59,706 nucleotides of DNA from an uncultured Gemmatimonadaceae bacterium. GTDB lineage: Bacteria > Gemmatimonadota > Gemmatimonadetes > Longimicrobiales > Gaopeijiaceae. Positions 10,001 to 18,579 of this stretch are shown here, in pieces (the first letter of the stretch is position 1; every line of letters begins with the position of its first letter). The DNA is taken from positions 1 to 59,706 of the forward strand of contig CAYXGM010000007.1 of assembly GCA_964464555.1 (NCBI GenBank), given 5' to 3'. Under the pieces are notes generated by a model. That model saw only the letters and a list, made by a program, of their open reading frames with translations, was not told the origin of the DNA and made no database searches. The translations under genes and the position numbers were made by a program.

Positions 10001-10219
10001 CATGGTCCGGTGCCGGCACACCAGATCCTTGAGGGTTCGGCTGATGATGTGGTGGAGCCCCGGCTTCCCGTTGGCCGTGGGAGGGCCTTCGTAGAACACG
10101 AACGGATCGCCCTGGGCCGTGGCGTCCAGGGTCTGCTTGAAGAGGTCTTCGGCCTGCCAACGGCGGAGGGTCTCCCCCTCCAGCTCCAGCAGGCTCTTGG
10201 GCAACTCCGGATAGCGCAT
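7067..10219 (-). CDS. ileS: isoleucine--tRNA ligase (type 2, about 1050 aa)
   Basis: The true start is MRYPELPKS at ATG 10217-10219. Class I motifs present: PPTANGKPGLHH (HIGH-like) and LKMSKSRGN (KMSKS). The track ORF to 10642 is an N-terminal artefact overlapping the PNP gene. Confidence 0.9.
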   Translation of the reverse strand: MRYPELPKSLLELEGETLRRWQAEDLFKQTLDATAQGDPFVFYEGPPTANGKPGLHHIISRTLKDLVCRHRTMKGRSVTRIAGWDTHGLPVEIEAERKLGISGKPEIEALGIARFNEACRDSVFTYKEDWERLSERIGYWLDYSRPYVTFHTEYIESVWWILKELADRNLLYRGYKSVPYCPRCGTALSSHEVAQGYQEVEDASLFFLCPLQGEEGQPDAEGRAFLAWTTTPWTVPSNVGLAIHPDLRYAEAATEGGRVILARSLVEKVLGEDAEILREYSAPELEGVRYQRPLDLVPEPEDPGNSWTVVLEDFVSDEEGTGIVHMAPAFGSDDYAAGQKHDLALLRPVDDAGRFKEEIPVVGGMFVKDADPRLVEELDRRGNLHAIGTMVHSYPHCWRCDSPLLYMARDSWFAATTTLKEEMLRENGSINWLPPEVGEKRFGEWLENNVDWALSRDRYWGTPLPVWVCERNPDHTEWIGGLEELRERAGGLPTGFDPHRPFIDEVSWSCSECGGAMRRSPAVIDVWFDSGAMPFAQWHYPFEHEEEFGRHFPADFICEAIDQTRGWFYSLLAISVMLGRGRPFHNVIVNGHILDAEGLKMSKSRGNAVDPWDAVGEHGADAVRWYLVTVSQPGTSKRYDPEGVREASRKYFDTLFNTYRFFSLYASAEGWSPSDEDPDVEDRPLIDRWILSRLSTLVFLVEEELEGYHLTRAYRAVGDFLNEDLSNWYVRRSRPRFWGNADTRDARAAFRTLWESLVTVSRLVAPVTPFVADWLHRALEGSSVHLAPFPSAGREAMDRELEGGMDVVRSLVSLGRAAREEVQIRVRQPLGRMIAVTPGDGVLDGDLLALLRDELNVKKVEFTDSAEGLVSLAARPNYRTLGPRFQKRTEESAAAIRALSQEALAAHRRGDPVSVQVGEESFGLEAEDLEVVEEARGGLVVQSDGSFTAALDPELDDDLRREGMARELVNRIQRLRKDAGLDISDRISLGIFGSDPVREAAEAFGNFISGETLALEYQVGDDEGGEGFDEIRTVDLDGIPAQIALSRVEG

Positions 10220-10262
10220 GAAAGAAACCGGTTCGAAGGTCGAAGGGAAACGAGGTCGGGGC

Positions 10263-11120
10263 TCAGAGCCGGGAGACCACATCCCCCACCAGGGTGGCCA
10301 GGCCGGGCTCGGCCTCGGCGGCAGTGCGAATGATGAGATCGATGTCCACGGGCTCCAGGGCATCCGGGAGACAGACGTCGGTGACGATGGAGATGGCCAG
10401 GACCCGCATCTCCATGTGCCGGGCCACGATGACCTCGGGGACCGTGGACATGCCCACCACATCCGCTCCCATGTCCCGGAGCATCCGGTACTCGGCCCGG
10501 GTTTCCAGGTTCGGTCCGGGAACGGCCACGTAGACCCCCCTGTGCAACCGAATTCCCCGATCCATGGCGGCCTCCACGGCCAGCTCCTGGAGCTCCCGGT
10601 CGTACGGCTCCGACATGTCCGGAAAGCGGGGACCGAGGGCATCGAGATTGGGTCCCACCAGGGGGTTGTCTCCCAGAAAGTTGATGTGGTCGTCCAGAAG
10701 GACCAGGGCGCCCAGCTCCATGAGGGGGTTCATCCCCCCGGTGGCGGCCGTGACCACCATAGTGTCGGCCCCCAGGAGCTTCATGATGCGCACCGGCAGG
10801 GTAACGGACTGGAGATCGTAGCCCTCGTAGCGGTGGAAGCGTCCCTGCATGGCCACCACCGGAACGTCCCGGAGGGTCCCGAAGAGGAGGCGTCCCTCAT
10901 GGGTCTCCACGGTGGCCACGGGGAAATTGGGGATCTCCGTGTAGGGGATGGCCGCGGCGATCTCCATCTCGTCGGCCAGGGCCCCCAGCCCCGTTCCCAG
11001 GATGATCCCCGCCCGGGGTTCCAGCTCCGTCCTGGCCCGGATGACCTCCAGGGCCTCCAGGAAGGGAGCCATGAGCTCGTCGCCGGGCTCGACCCCCGGA
11101 AGCACCATCCCTTCAGCCAT
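10263..11120 (-). CDS. purine nucleoside phosphorylase (PNP/MTAP family I)
   Basis: Full-length match to the trimeric PNP family: ...VAMQGRFHRYEGY..., ...VTAATGGMNP..., ...GMSTVPEVIVARHMEMRVLA... Confidence 0.85.
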   Translation of the reverse strand: MAEGMVLPGVEPGDELMAPFLEALEVIRARTELEPRAGIILGTGLGALADEMEIAAAIPYTEIPNFPVATVETHEGRLLFGTLRDVPVVAMQGRFHRYEGYDLQSVTLPVRIMKLLGADTMVVTAATGGMNPLMELGALVLLDDHINFLGDNPLVGPNLDALGPRFPDMSEPYDRELQELAVEAAMDRGIRLHRGVYVAVPGPNLETRAEYRMLRDMGADVVGMSTVPEVIVARHMEMRVLAISIVTDVCLPDALEPVDIDLIIRTAAEAEPGLATLVGDVVSRL

Positions 11121-11904
11121 CGAGCTTCTTCTCCCCGTCGTCGTCTTTCAGGAGGGAGGAGAGCCAGAGGGGCTCCCGGCCCGAGGCCCGCTCTTCGGAT
11201 GGCGCTTCCTCCTCCTGCATCCCGTCCCCGGGACCGTTCGCAGCCTCCTCCGGCGCCTCGGCTTCCGGCTCCTCGGGGTCCCCCTCCTCGGGTTCCCCCT
11301 CCTCGGAGTCCGCCTTCCCGGCTTCCGGTTCGGCGGCCCCCGGACTGCTCTCCGGAGGCGCCGACGGCGTCCAGCCCCGGAGGTTCAGATCCAGGGGGGC
11401 GTCCTCCAGGGGCCGTCGGGCCTCCTCCACCTCCACGGCATCCATCTCCCGCTCAAGGAGGCTCCGGAAGCCCTTCAGGAACTTCCGCCGGTTCCGCTCC
11501 AGATCCTCCAGGGCCCGCTGTCGCTCCCGGATGAGCCCCTCCGCCTCGGCCAGGCGGCGCTGAATCTCCGCCTCGGCCTGGGCCCTGACGATCTCCGCCT
11601 CCCTTCGAGCCTGGTCCTTGACACCTTCCGCCTCCCGGTGGCTCTGACTCTGAACGTCGTCCCGGAGCTTCTGGGCCGTCACCAGGGCGTCCTGGACGGC
11701 CTTCTCCCGCCCCTCCAGCGCCCTGAGCTGGCCTTCCATGCGCTGGTTGGACTCCGAGAGGGCCAGGTTCTCCCTCACCAACTCTTCCATGCGTTCGGCC
11801 GCCACCTCCAGGAAGGCGTCCACCTCCTCGGGATCATAGCCCCTGAGCTTGGGGCGGAAATCGCCCCTCTTCTTTCGAACATCAAGCGGCGTGAGGTCGA
11901 TCAT
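11113..11904 (-). CDS. divIVA: DivIVA domain cell-division protein with acidic C-terminal tail
   Basis: The N-terminus MIDLTPLDVRKKRGDFRPKLRGYDPEEVDAFLE is canonical DivIVA. It is followed by a long coiled coil and an Glu/Pro-rich tail. Confidence 0.8.
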   Translation of the reverse strand: MIDLTPLDVRKKRGDFRPKLRGYDPEEVDAFLEVAAERMEELVRENLALSESNQRMEGQLRALEGREKAVQDALVTAQKLRDDVQSQSHREAEGVKDQARREAEIVRAQAEAEIQRRLAEAEGLIRERQRALEDLERNRRKFLKGFRSLLEREMDAVEVEEARRPLEDAPLDLNLRGWTPSAPPESSPGAAEPEAGKADSEEGEPEEGDPEEPEAEAPEEAANGPGDGMQEEEAPSEERASGREPLWLSSLLKDDDGEKKLDG

Positions 11905-12611
11905 CGCGGACGCTCCCCAAAGAGTGCGGTCCCAATTCTGACCATGGTGCTTCCCTCCTCCACGGCCAGCTCGAAATCGTTGGTCATTCCCATGGAAAGC
12001 TCCCGGCCCTCATACCCCGGGAGTTCTTCGGCCTTCTCCTGTACGGCCCGCAGCCCCGCAAAGGTCCTGCGCAGCACGGTCTCGTCGTCCACGAAGGGGG
12101 CCATGGTCATGAGGCCCCCGACCTCCAGACCCGGCAACTCCAGGATCCGGTGGATGGCCTCCACGGCCTCCTCCGGGGCGAAGCCGCTCTTCGCCTCCTC
12201 CCCGCTCACGTTCACCTGGATGAGTCCCGAAAGAACCCGCTCATGCTCCAGGGCGAACTTCGAGAGCCTCCTGGCAAGCTTGAAGCGATCCACCGAGTGG
12301 ACCAGGTCGGCCAGCTCCACCGCCTGCCGGGCCTTCCGGCTCTGGATAGGGCCCACCATGTGCCAGGTGGCCCTCCCCCTCCCCAGCTCTCCGACCTTCT
12401 CCTCCATCTCTTCGAGCCGATTCTCCCCCAGATCGTGGATTCCCGCTCGGAGGGCGGCTTGGAGAGCCTCGAGAGGATGGGCCTTCGTAATCGCCACGAG
12501 CGTGACGTCAGCCTCGGTTCTTCCCGACCGAAGAGCCGCCGCGCCGATGGTCTCCCTCACCCGGGGCAGGTTCTCTCTGAGCTGGTCCGCGTATGTCTTC
12601 GTTTGCTGCAT
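11901..12611 (-). CDS. yggS: YggS-family pyridoxal-phosphate homeostasis protein
   Basis: Alanine-racemase N-terminal fold pattern with ...VTLVAITKAHP... (PLP lysine) and ...HMVGPIQSRKAR... Overlaps the divIVA start by 4 nt. Confidence 0.85.
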   Translation of the reverse strand: MQQTKTYADQLRENLPRVRETIGAAALRSGRTEADVTLVAITKAHPLEALQAALRAGIHDLGENRLEEMEEKVGELGRGRATWHMVGPIQSRKARQAVELADLVHSVDRFKLARRLSKFALEHERVLSGLIQVNVSGEEAKSGFAPEEAVEAIHRILELPGLEVGGLMTMAPFVDDETVLRRTFAGLRAVQEKAEELPGYEGRELSMGMTNDFELAVEEGSTMVRIGTALFGERPR

Positions 12612-12678
12612 AGATGTGTAGTTTAGCCGGTTTTGGGGGGTGAAGGAACCAGCGTCACCCCCTGGGCCCCGGCCGGCG

Positions 12679-12721
12679 GAAACACGAAAAGAGGCCCCGC
12701 CGGGGGCGCCGGCGAGGCCTC
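12679..12721 (-). terminator. intrinsic terminator downstream of tonB (hairpin plus U-tract on the minus-strand RNA)
   Basis: Plus-strand GAGGCCCCGCCGGGGGCGCCGGCGAGGCCTC (12691-12721) forms a ~12-bp GC stem. On the minus-strand RNA it is followed by UUUUCGUGUUU (plus 12679-12690). Confidence 0.5.
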
Positions 12722-12755
12722 GTTTCCTGGATGCTGGATGCCCCTGCGCCCGATC

Positions 12756-13448
12756 CTATCTGGTGGTGAAGGTAATGGGCAGGGAAATCCAGACCGGTAC
12801 CTGCTTGTCCCGGTTCAGGGCCGGCGAGAACTCGATGATGTCCGCCACGCGAATGGCGGCATCGTCCAGGGCCTTGTGACCCGAGGACTCGTTCACGAGG
12901 GTCCGCTGCACGGCCCCCTCCTCGTCGATGAAGAACCAGACCTGGACCGAGCCTCCGATGCCCGCGTCACGAAGCAGCGGGGGATACTCCCGCTCCAGGG
13001 CCCGGGCCACCTCGGCCCGGTTGCGGATGTCGGGGCGGACGGTGAAGGGCGTGAAGGTCGGAGCCGCAGCCAGATCGGTCTGAGCCACGTCTTCGGGTGG
13101 CGGCGGCAGGTCCTCCACCGGGTTGTCCTCGAAGGTGGTGGGCGCAATCGTGATGTCCTCGTCGATGTCCGCCGACGCGATCACCGGCGTGGCCGGCCTG
13201 GCAATGGCCTCGGGCGGGGGCGGAATCTCGATCTCCGGGGGTAGCTCGATGGCCTCCAGCTCGTCGGCCGTGTAGGAGACGTCCTCGGCCGTCAGCTCCG
13301 GAAAGAAGTAGAAGACGGAGAAATGGAGCAGTGTGGCGAGGATCATGGACCCCCAGAACCAGGATCCGAAGGACCGCTTGAACCGGTCGTTCGCCGTCGA
13401 AGTGACGGAGCTGATTCCGGACTCGTCGGGTACTGCTTGTGCACTCAT
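12756..13448 (-). CDS. tonB: energy transducer TonB (N-terminal membrane anchor, Pro-rich linker, TonB C-terminal domain)
   Basis: TM helix WFWGSMILATLLHFSVFYFF. A Pro/Glu-rich linker (PPEIEIPPPPEA...). A C-terminal TonB-type domain (...GGSVQVWFFIDEEGAV...VPVWISLPITF). The start overlaps the exbD stop. Confidence 0.75.
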   Translation of the reverse strand: MSAQAVPDESGISSVTSTANDRFKRSFGSWFWGSMILATLLHFSVFYFFPELTAEDVSYTADELEAIELPPEIEIPPPPEAIARPATPVIASADIDEDITIAPTTFEDNPVEDLPPPPEDVAQTDLAAAPTFTPFTVRPDIRNRAEVARALEREYPPLLRDAGIGGSVQVWFFIDEEGAVQRTLVNESSGHKALDDAAIRVADIIEFSPALNRDKQVPVWISLPITFTTR

Positions 13449-13894
13449 CGTCTTGCCCTCGTCATCTGCCGTTCCAGCTCGGTGGCGAACACCACGCGAA
13501 CCACCCCGGCCGCGACCAACTCTTTCTGCACCGCATCAATGTAGGTATACGGTGTCTCACGATCGGCTCTTACCGAGATCACCAGGTGCCGGTCGGACTG
13601 CGCGTAGAGGGGCGCAATCACGCCGGACACCTCGTCCATGGTGTATTCCTGATCGTTGATCCAGACGGAGCCGTCGCGCTCCACCCAGATGTTCAGGATG
13701 TTCTTCACCTTCTCGTCGATCTTCTGGGTGGCCTTGGCCTGGGCCCACTCGATGGGCCGCTCCCTGGACGTCCGAAAGACCGTGGTGACCATGAAGAAGA
13801 TGAGAAGCAGAAAAGCGATATCTGCCAATGAGGAGGACGGGATCTCCGAAGATGCCTTCGATTTACGGTCAAACCCGCCGGTTTTGATGGCCAT
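13445..13894 (-). CDS. exbD: biopolymer transport protein ExbD/TolR (copy 2)
   Basis: The N-terminal ...EIPSSSLADIAFLLLIFFMVTTVF... is a typical ExbD TM segment, with the expected size and periplasmic domain. Confidence 0.8.
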   Translation of the reverse strand: MAIKTGGFDRKSKASSEIPSSSLADIAFLLLIFFMVTTVFRTSRERPIEWAQAKATQKIDEKVKNILNIWVERDGSVWINDQEYTMDEVSGVIAPLYAQSDRHLVISVRADRETPYTYIDAVQKELVAAGVVRVVFATELERQMTRARR

Positions 13895-13896
13895 CG

Positions 13897-14322
13897 TTAT
13901 TCCTCCAGGATCTGCAGTGAGATCCGCTCCGCTCCGGCGGATTGAAGGGAGTCGAGAACGTCGATCATGAACCGGTGCGGCGCATCCGGATGGGTCTTCA
14001 CGGCAGCGATGAGATTCGGGTTGCCCGTCACCTCCTGACGCCAGAGGGACTCGATGTCGTCGGGCCGCATGGTTTGAATGGAGGTGCTCTCACCCCGCTT
14101 CACCTCCACCACGCCATCGGGACGGACGATGAGGTGAAGGATGTTGCTCTGGCTTACGGCCTGCTCCTCACCCTCCTCCGGGAGAACCACGCTGAGCCCC
14201 TTGTCCTTGGGGAAGACCGTGGTCACGAGGAAGAAGATGAGGAGAAGGAACGCGATGTCGGCCATGGACGACGTCGGGATCTCGTCGCTGACCTTCGATT
14301 TCTTCTGATTCAGGACGGCCAT
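13897..14322 (-). CDS. exbD: biopolymer transport protein ExbD/TolR (copy 1)
   Basis: ...EIPTSSMADIAFLLLIFFLVTTVF... This is paralogous to the adjacent copy. Confidence 0.8.
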   Translation of the reverse strand: MAVLNQKKSKVSDEIPTSSMADIAFLLLIFFLVTTVFPKDKGLSVVLPEEGEEQAVSQSNILHLIVRPDGVVEVKRGESTSIQTMRPDDIESLWRQEVTGNPNLIAAVKTHPDAPHRFMIDVLDSLQSAGAERISLQILEE

Positions 14323-14404
14323 GATATGTCTTCCTGTTGCCTCTCAAGTCCTTTACAGGGTCCCGGGGAACAAAGTTCCCTGGTGCCCGGATCGTCCCCC
14401 GGCC

Positions 14405-15220
14405 CTACTCCACGTCCGTGGGATGGTCGTCGGTGCCGATCTCCCCGGCGGTGTCGGGCTCCGAGGGGACGGAGGCTCCCCGCACCATGGGAGAGGAAGC
14501 CGAGCCCACGCCGGAGAGACTCCTGCGCATCTCTGCCTTTTTAACCACCTCGAGCTTCCCTTCCTTCTCGAAGTCCCAGGCCAGGTTGAGGATCTGCTGC
14601 GTGCCCTGCTCCATGTCCAGGATCAGGCTGTCGATGCGGGTCACGAAGTAGTTGTACCCGATGTTGACGGGGATGGCGATGGCCAGCCCCGTAGCGGTGG
14701 TCAGGAGCGCCACCTTGATCCCCCCGGCTACCAGCGCCGGATCCACGTCCCCCGCCGCCTCGATGGAGGCGAAGGCCATGATCATGCCGGCAACGGTGCC
14801 CAGGAAGCCCATGAGCGGAGCCACGTTGGCCACGGTGGCCAGGACCACCAGGCCCCGCTCCAGAAAGCCGAGCTCGATGGCACCCGTGGTGCTCACCGCC
14901 TTTTCCATCTCACCCTCGGCGATCTTGGCCGTGCGAATTCGCCGGAGGCCGGCCAGGAGGATGGCCGCTGTCGGTCCGGGGGTCTCGGACGCCAACTCGA
15001 TGGCCTCGTTCACCTGCCCCTCCCGGGCCAGCTCCTCAACGGAGCCCAGAACCTTCTTGGTGCTCCGGTGAGCCAGCCAGAGGGTCCATGCCTTGGCGAT
15101 CACGACGCCCAGGGCGATGAGGGAACACAGGACGAGGGGATACATCATGAACCCGCCGTCGGCGAAGAGCGTCAGCAGTTCGTACTGTGAGCCTGCCAAG
15201 GGGAACTCCTTTTCTTCCAA
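14405..15220 (-). CDS. exbB: MotA/TolQ/ExbB proton-channel protein
   Basis: Three TM segments and the MotA/ExbB signature region ...ATVANVAPLMGFLGTVAGMIMAF... It heads an exbB-exbD-exbD-tonB unit. The start could instead be the internal MMYPL. Confidence 0.8.
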   Translation of the reverse strand: MEEKEFPLAGSQYELLTLFADGGFMMYPLVLCSLIALGVVIAKAWTLWLAHRSTKKVLGSVEELAREGQVNEAIELASETPGPTAAILLAGLRRIRTAKIAEGEMEKAVSTTGAIELGFLERGLVVLATVANVAPLMGFLGTVAGMIMAFASIEAAGDVDPALVAGGIKVALLTTATGLAIAIPVNIGYNYFVTRIDSLILDMEQGTQQILNLAWDFEKEGKLEVVKKAEMRRSLSGVGSASSPMVRGASVPSEPDTAGEIGTDDHPTDVE

Positions 15221-15260
15221 TGCCCTGCGAGGAGGACATCAGTCTCCGGATTGAACCGCG

Positions 15261-15276
15261 CCAATCTAGGGATTGG
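15261..15276. promoter_or_regulatory. perfect 6-4-6 palindrome CCAATCtaggGATTGG upstream of exbB (candidate operator)
   Basis: Seen directly in the 122-nt intergenic region 15221-15341, which is relatively GC-poor. It lies 40-55 nt upstream of the exbB start. Confidence 0.3.
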
Positions 15277-15341
15277 CCGGGGATCATGTCAACGCGGACG
15301 AGGGGTCGCCTGCATTCTGAAACTAAGTCTTCAGATCACCC

Positions 15342-16106
15342 TTACCCAGGGGGTCCGCTGAGAATCTCCCGAAGGCGGCTCTCTTCCAGCCCCACCTCGA
15401 TCCGGCCACCCCTGGCGACGGACACCCGGCTCGTCTCTTCACTTACGACGATGACCGTCGCATCCGTCTCCTCGCTGAGCCCCACAGCGGCCCGGTGCCG
15501 CGTCCCCAGGGACCGATCCAGAATCGGAAGCTGGGTGAGGGGGAGGATGGCGCCGGCCGTGACGATCTTGCCCCCGTTGATGATGACGGCGCCGTCATGG
15601 AGAGGGGTGTAGGGGGTGAAGATGGTCTTCAGCAGCTCGGCCGAGATCGGGGCATTCACCGGACTTCCCGTCTCGGCATACTCCTCCAGGCCCACCTCCC
15701 CCTGGATGGCGATGATGGCCCCCCGCTTGAGGCGGGCCAGCTCCAGGACCGCCTCGAGGAGCTCTTCGGCTTCCTGGCTCTCTTCCATGGACCGGAGGTA
15801 CCGGATGAAGCGGCTCCGGCCCAGGCGGGCAAGTCCGGACCGGAGCTCGGGCTGAAAAACCACGAGGGCCGCGATGGCCCCGTACTGAAAGATGGTCTCC
15901 AGGAGATAGCGGATGAGGGCAAAATCCAGGAGCCGGGCCACGAAATAGATGCCCACGAGGAGGAATGCTCCCAGGAGCATCTGCATGGCCCGGGTCCGCT
16001 GGAGGAGGAGGAGGAGCCGATAGAAGAGAGCCGCGACGATGAGGATCTCGATGAGGTCTCCCCATCCCGGGCGCAGGAATTGAAGCTGGTCCCAGACTCC
16101 GCTCAT
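15342..16106 (-). CDS. cdaA: diadenylate cyclase CdaA (c-di-AMP synthase, membrane-anchored DAC domain)
   Basis: N-terminal TM helices. DAC motifs ...PLHDGAVIING... and ...LGTRHRAAVGLSEETDA... Confidence 0.85.
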   Translation of the reverse strand: MSGVWDQLQFLRPGWGDLIEILIVAALFYRLLLLLQRTRAMQMLLGAFLLVGIYFVARLLDFALIRYLLETIFQYGAIAALVVFQPELRSGLARLGRSRFIRYLRSMEESQEAEELLEAVLELARLKRGAIIAIQGEVGLEEYAETGSPVNAPISAELLKTIFTPYTPLHDGAVIINGGKIVTAGAILPLTQLPILDRSLGTRHRAAVGLSEETDATVIVVSEETSRVSVARGGRIEVGLEESRLREILSGPPG

Positions 16107-16196
16107 GCTGCCCGACCTCGCATGGTCCTCTCCACCTCGTACTCCGTCCTTCCGGCGATTCCCCCCGCGGCTCTACCGGGAGGCTGACGGAATCGA

Positions 16197-16234
16197 AGAC
16201 GGGGACCGAGTGCCCCCGGCACTTCGGTCCCCGT
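16197..16234 (-). terminator. long GC hairpin between ftsH and cdaA (candidate terminator/attenuator; no clear U-tract)
   Basis: GACGGGGACCGAGTGCC-ccc-GGCACTtCGGTCCCCGTC forms a 17-bp stem with one bulge. It lies in the 160-nt gap downstream of the ftsH stop. Confidence 0.35.
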
Positions 16235-16266
16235 CCTTCCCAGGCTGATTCCCGCGGCCTCGTCCA

Positions 16267-18444
16267 TCAGGGATTGCGCTCCCTTTCCGCCCCACCGAGC
16301 TGGAGCTCCTCCTGCGTGTCCCCGTCCCCGTCATCCGGCGTGTCGTCGGTCCCGGCCGTCTCCCCCTCGGAAGGGGCAGCCGCCGGCTCCGGCTCCTCCG
16401 CGGTAGCTGCCCCGGAGGCCGGCCCTTCCCGCGCCTCTTCCCCGGGGACCACCGGTGCCCGGAGCCCGGAATCCTTCACCTCCGGCAGCTCCCCCGAATC
16501 GGGCACCTCCGGCGGAGCCAGGGAACCTCCTCCCGGCGGGGTCCCGGGGATGACGAGGGTCTCCAGGGGCGGGAGGGGTTGTCCTTCGGCCAGAAGATCG
16601 ATCTCGCTCCGGTCCAGGGTTTCCCGCTCCAGGAGGGCCTCGGCGATGCGCTCAAGGAGGTCCCTCTCTCGCTCCAGGATGTCCCGGGCCCGATCATGGG
16701 CCTCGTCCAGGATCCGCTTGATCTCCGTGTCGACCTGGCGAGCGGTATGCTCGGATACGTCCTGCCGCTGAACGATCTCACGGCCGAGGAAGACCTCGTG
16801 CTCGCCGTTCCCCACGGACATGAGCCCGATGATGTCCGACATCCCGAACTGAGTGACCATGCGCCGGGCCATGGAGGTGGCCCGTTCGATGTCGTTCCCC
16901 GCCCCGGTGGTGATGCGCTCCATCCCGAAGATCATCTCCTCGGCCACCCGGCCACCGAAGAGCATGGCCAACTGACCCTCCAACCACTCCTTGGTATAGG
17001 TGTGCCGGTCCTCCTCCGGAAGAGAGGCCGTGATGCCCAGGGCTCGGCCCCGGGGCACGATGGTCACCTTGTGGACGGGATCCAGCCCCGGGATTCGCAG
17101 GCCCAGGACCGCGTGTCCGGCCTCGTGATACGCCGTGAGCTTCCTCTCGTTCTCGTTGAGGACCATGCTCTTTCGCTCGGCCCCCAGCATGACCTTGTCC
17201 TTGGCCCGCTCGAAGTGATCCATGAGGACCCGGGTGGCGTCTTCCCGGGCCGCCAGGAGGGCGGCCTCGTTGCAGATGTTCTCCAGGTCCGCCCCGCTCA
17301 GCCCCGGCGTGCCCTTGGCGATGATCCCCAGATCCACGTCCTCGTCCAGAGGAAGCTTTTTCGCGTGGACCCTGAGGATTCCCTCCCGGCCCTTCACGTC
17401 CGGGGAGTCCACCACCACCTGACGGTCGAACCGACCGGGCCGCAGCAGCGCCGGATCCAGGACGTCGGGGCGGTTGGTGGCCGCCAGGAGGATCACACCC
17501 TCGTTGGCCTCGAAGCCGTCCATCTCCACCAGGAGGGCGTTCAGGGTCTGCTCCCGCTCGTCGTGGCCTCCACCCAACCCCGCCCCCCGGTGGCGACCCA
17601 CGGCGTCGATCTCGTCCACGAAGATGATGCAGGGCGCGTGGGCCTTTCCCTGGTCGAAGAGATCCCGGACCCGGGACGCACCCACGCCCACGAACATCTC
17701 GACGAAATCCGAGCCGGACATCTGGAAGAAGGGCCGGGCCGCCTCCCCGGCCACGGCCCGGGCCAGGAGGGTCTTCCCCGTGCCCGGTGGCCCCACCAGG
17801 AGGACCCCCTTGGGAAGCCTCCCGCCCAGGCGGGAGAACTTCTGCGGGTCCTTGAGGAACTCGATGATCTCTTCGAGCTCCACCTTGGCCTCGTCAGCCC
17901 CAGCCACGTCGGCGAAGGTGACCTGGGGGGTATCGGGGGAGATGAGCTTGGCCTTGGAACGACCGAACTGGAAGGCCTTGTTGCCCCCGGACTGCATGGT
18001 CCGGAAGATCCAGATCCAGAAGGCCAGGAAGAGGAGCCAGGGGAGGGCCGAGATGAGGATGGTCCCCCATCCCTGCCGGGCCCCCTCGGCGTCGATGATG
18101 ACACCCTGCTGGTCCAGCCTCTCCAGAAGGCTCTCGGTGACCTCCCCCGGGAGCATGCTCGTGAAGCGGAAGTACTCCCGGCCGTCCTCCGTCACCTGGG
18201 ACCGGAGCTCCCCTTCGATCTCCCGCCCGTCGATGACGGTGACCTCGAGGATGTTCCCGCCCTCGAGCTGCTCGATGAACTCGGTGTACTTGAGCTCCGC
18301 CGCGGCCTCCTGTTCTCCGCTGAAAACCTGAAGGGCAACGATGGTCAGCAGGGCCAGAAGGACCCAGAACGAGGCCGTCCGGGACACCCGTGCAAAGCGG
18401 TTGTTGTCGCCAGGATCTTTCTGAGAGGGTTCTCGATCAGCCAT
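16267..18444 (-). CDS. ftsH: ATP-dependent zinc metalloprotease FtsH with about 100-aa acidic C-terminal extension
   Basis: Walker [22 protein letters not shown] region and HEAGHAV zinc site. N-terminal TM helix. Long Glu/Pro/Asp-rich tail. Confidence 0.9.
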   Translation of the reverse strand: MADREPSQKDPGDNNRFARVSRTASFWVLLALLTIVALQVFSGEQEAAAELKYTEFIEQLEGGNILEVTVIDGREIEGELRSQVTEDGREYFRFTSMLPGEVTESLLERLDQQGVIIDAEGARQGWGTILISALPWLLFLAFWIWIFRTMQSGGNKAFQFGRSKAKLISPDTPQVTFADVAGADEAKVELEEIIEFLKDPQKFSRLGGRLPKGVLLVGPPGTGKTLLARAVAGEAARPFFQMSGSDFVEMFVGVGASRVRDLFDQGKAHAPCIIFVDEIDAVGRHRGAGLGGGHDEREQTLNALLVEMDGFEANEGVILLAATNRPDVLDPALLRPGRFDRQVVVDSPDVKGREGILRVHAKKLPLDEDVDLGIIAKGTPGLSGADLENICNEAALLAAREDATRVLMDHFERAKDKVMLGAERKSMVLNENERKLTAYHEAGHAVLGLRIPGLDPVHKVTIVPRGRALGITASLPEEDRHTYTKEWLEGQLAMLFGGRVAEEMIFGMERITTGAGNDIERATSMARRMVTQFGMSDIIGLMSVGNGEHEVFLGREIVQRQDVSEHTARQVDTEIKRILDEAHDRARDILERERDLLERIAEALLERETLDRSEIDLLAEGQPLPPLETLVIPGTPPGGGSLAPPEVPDSGELPEVKDSGLRAPVVPGEEAREGPASGAATAEEPEPAAAPSEGETAGTDDTPDDGDGDTQEELQLGGAERERNP

Positions 18445-18533
18445 TCCGTCTCAACTTTCGGCCCCGTCGGCTCGGTAGTCGTCCCCCCGGGCACCGGACC
18501 CGCTTCCGCCCCGGGGAAAAGACCCGACTGGAT

Positions 18534-18579
18534 GAGCCTGTCGGAGTAATGCGGCGAGCCGCGTTACGCGGACAGGCTC
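18534..18579 (-). terminator. nested hairpin overlapping the hpt stop codon, between hpt and ftsH
   Basis: GAGCCTGTC...GACAGGCTC (9-bp stem) encloses an inner GCGGCgaGCCGC hairpin. On the minus RNA it is followed by a weak UCUUUUCC tract. Confidence 0.3.

Noticed and set aside
10220-10642. N-terminal 141-aa extension of the ileS ORF in the track
   Set aside because: It overlaps the PNP gene and is Trp/Pro/Ser-rich. The conserved IleS N-terminus starts at the internal MRYPEL.
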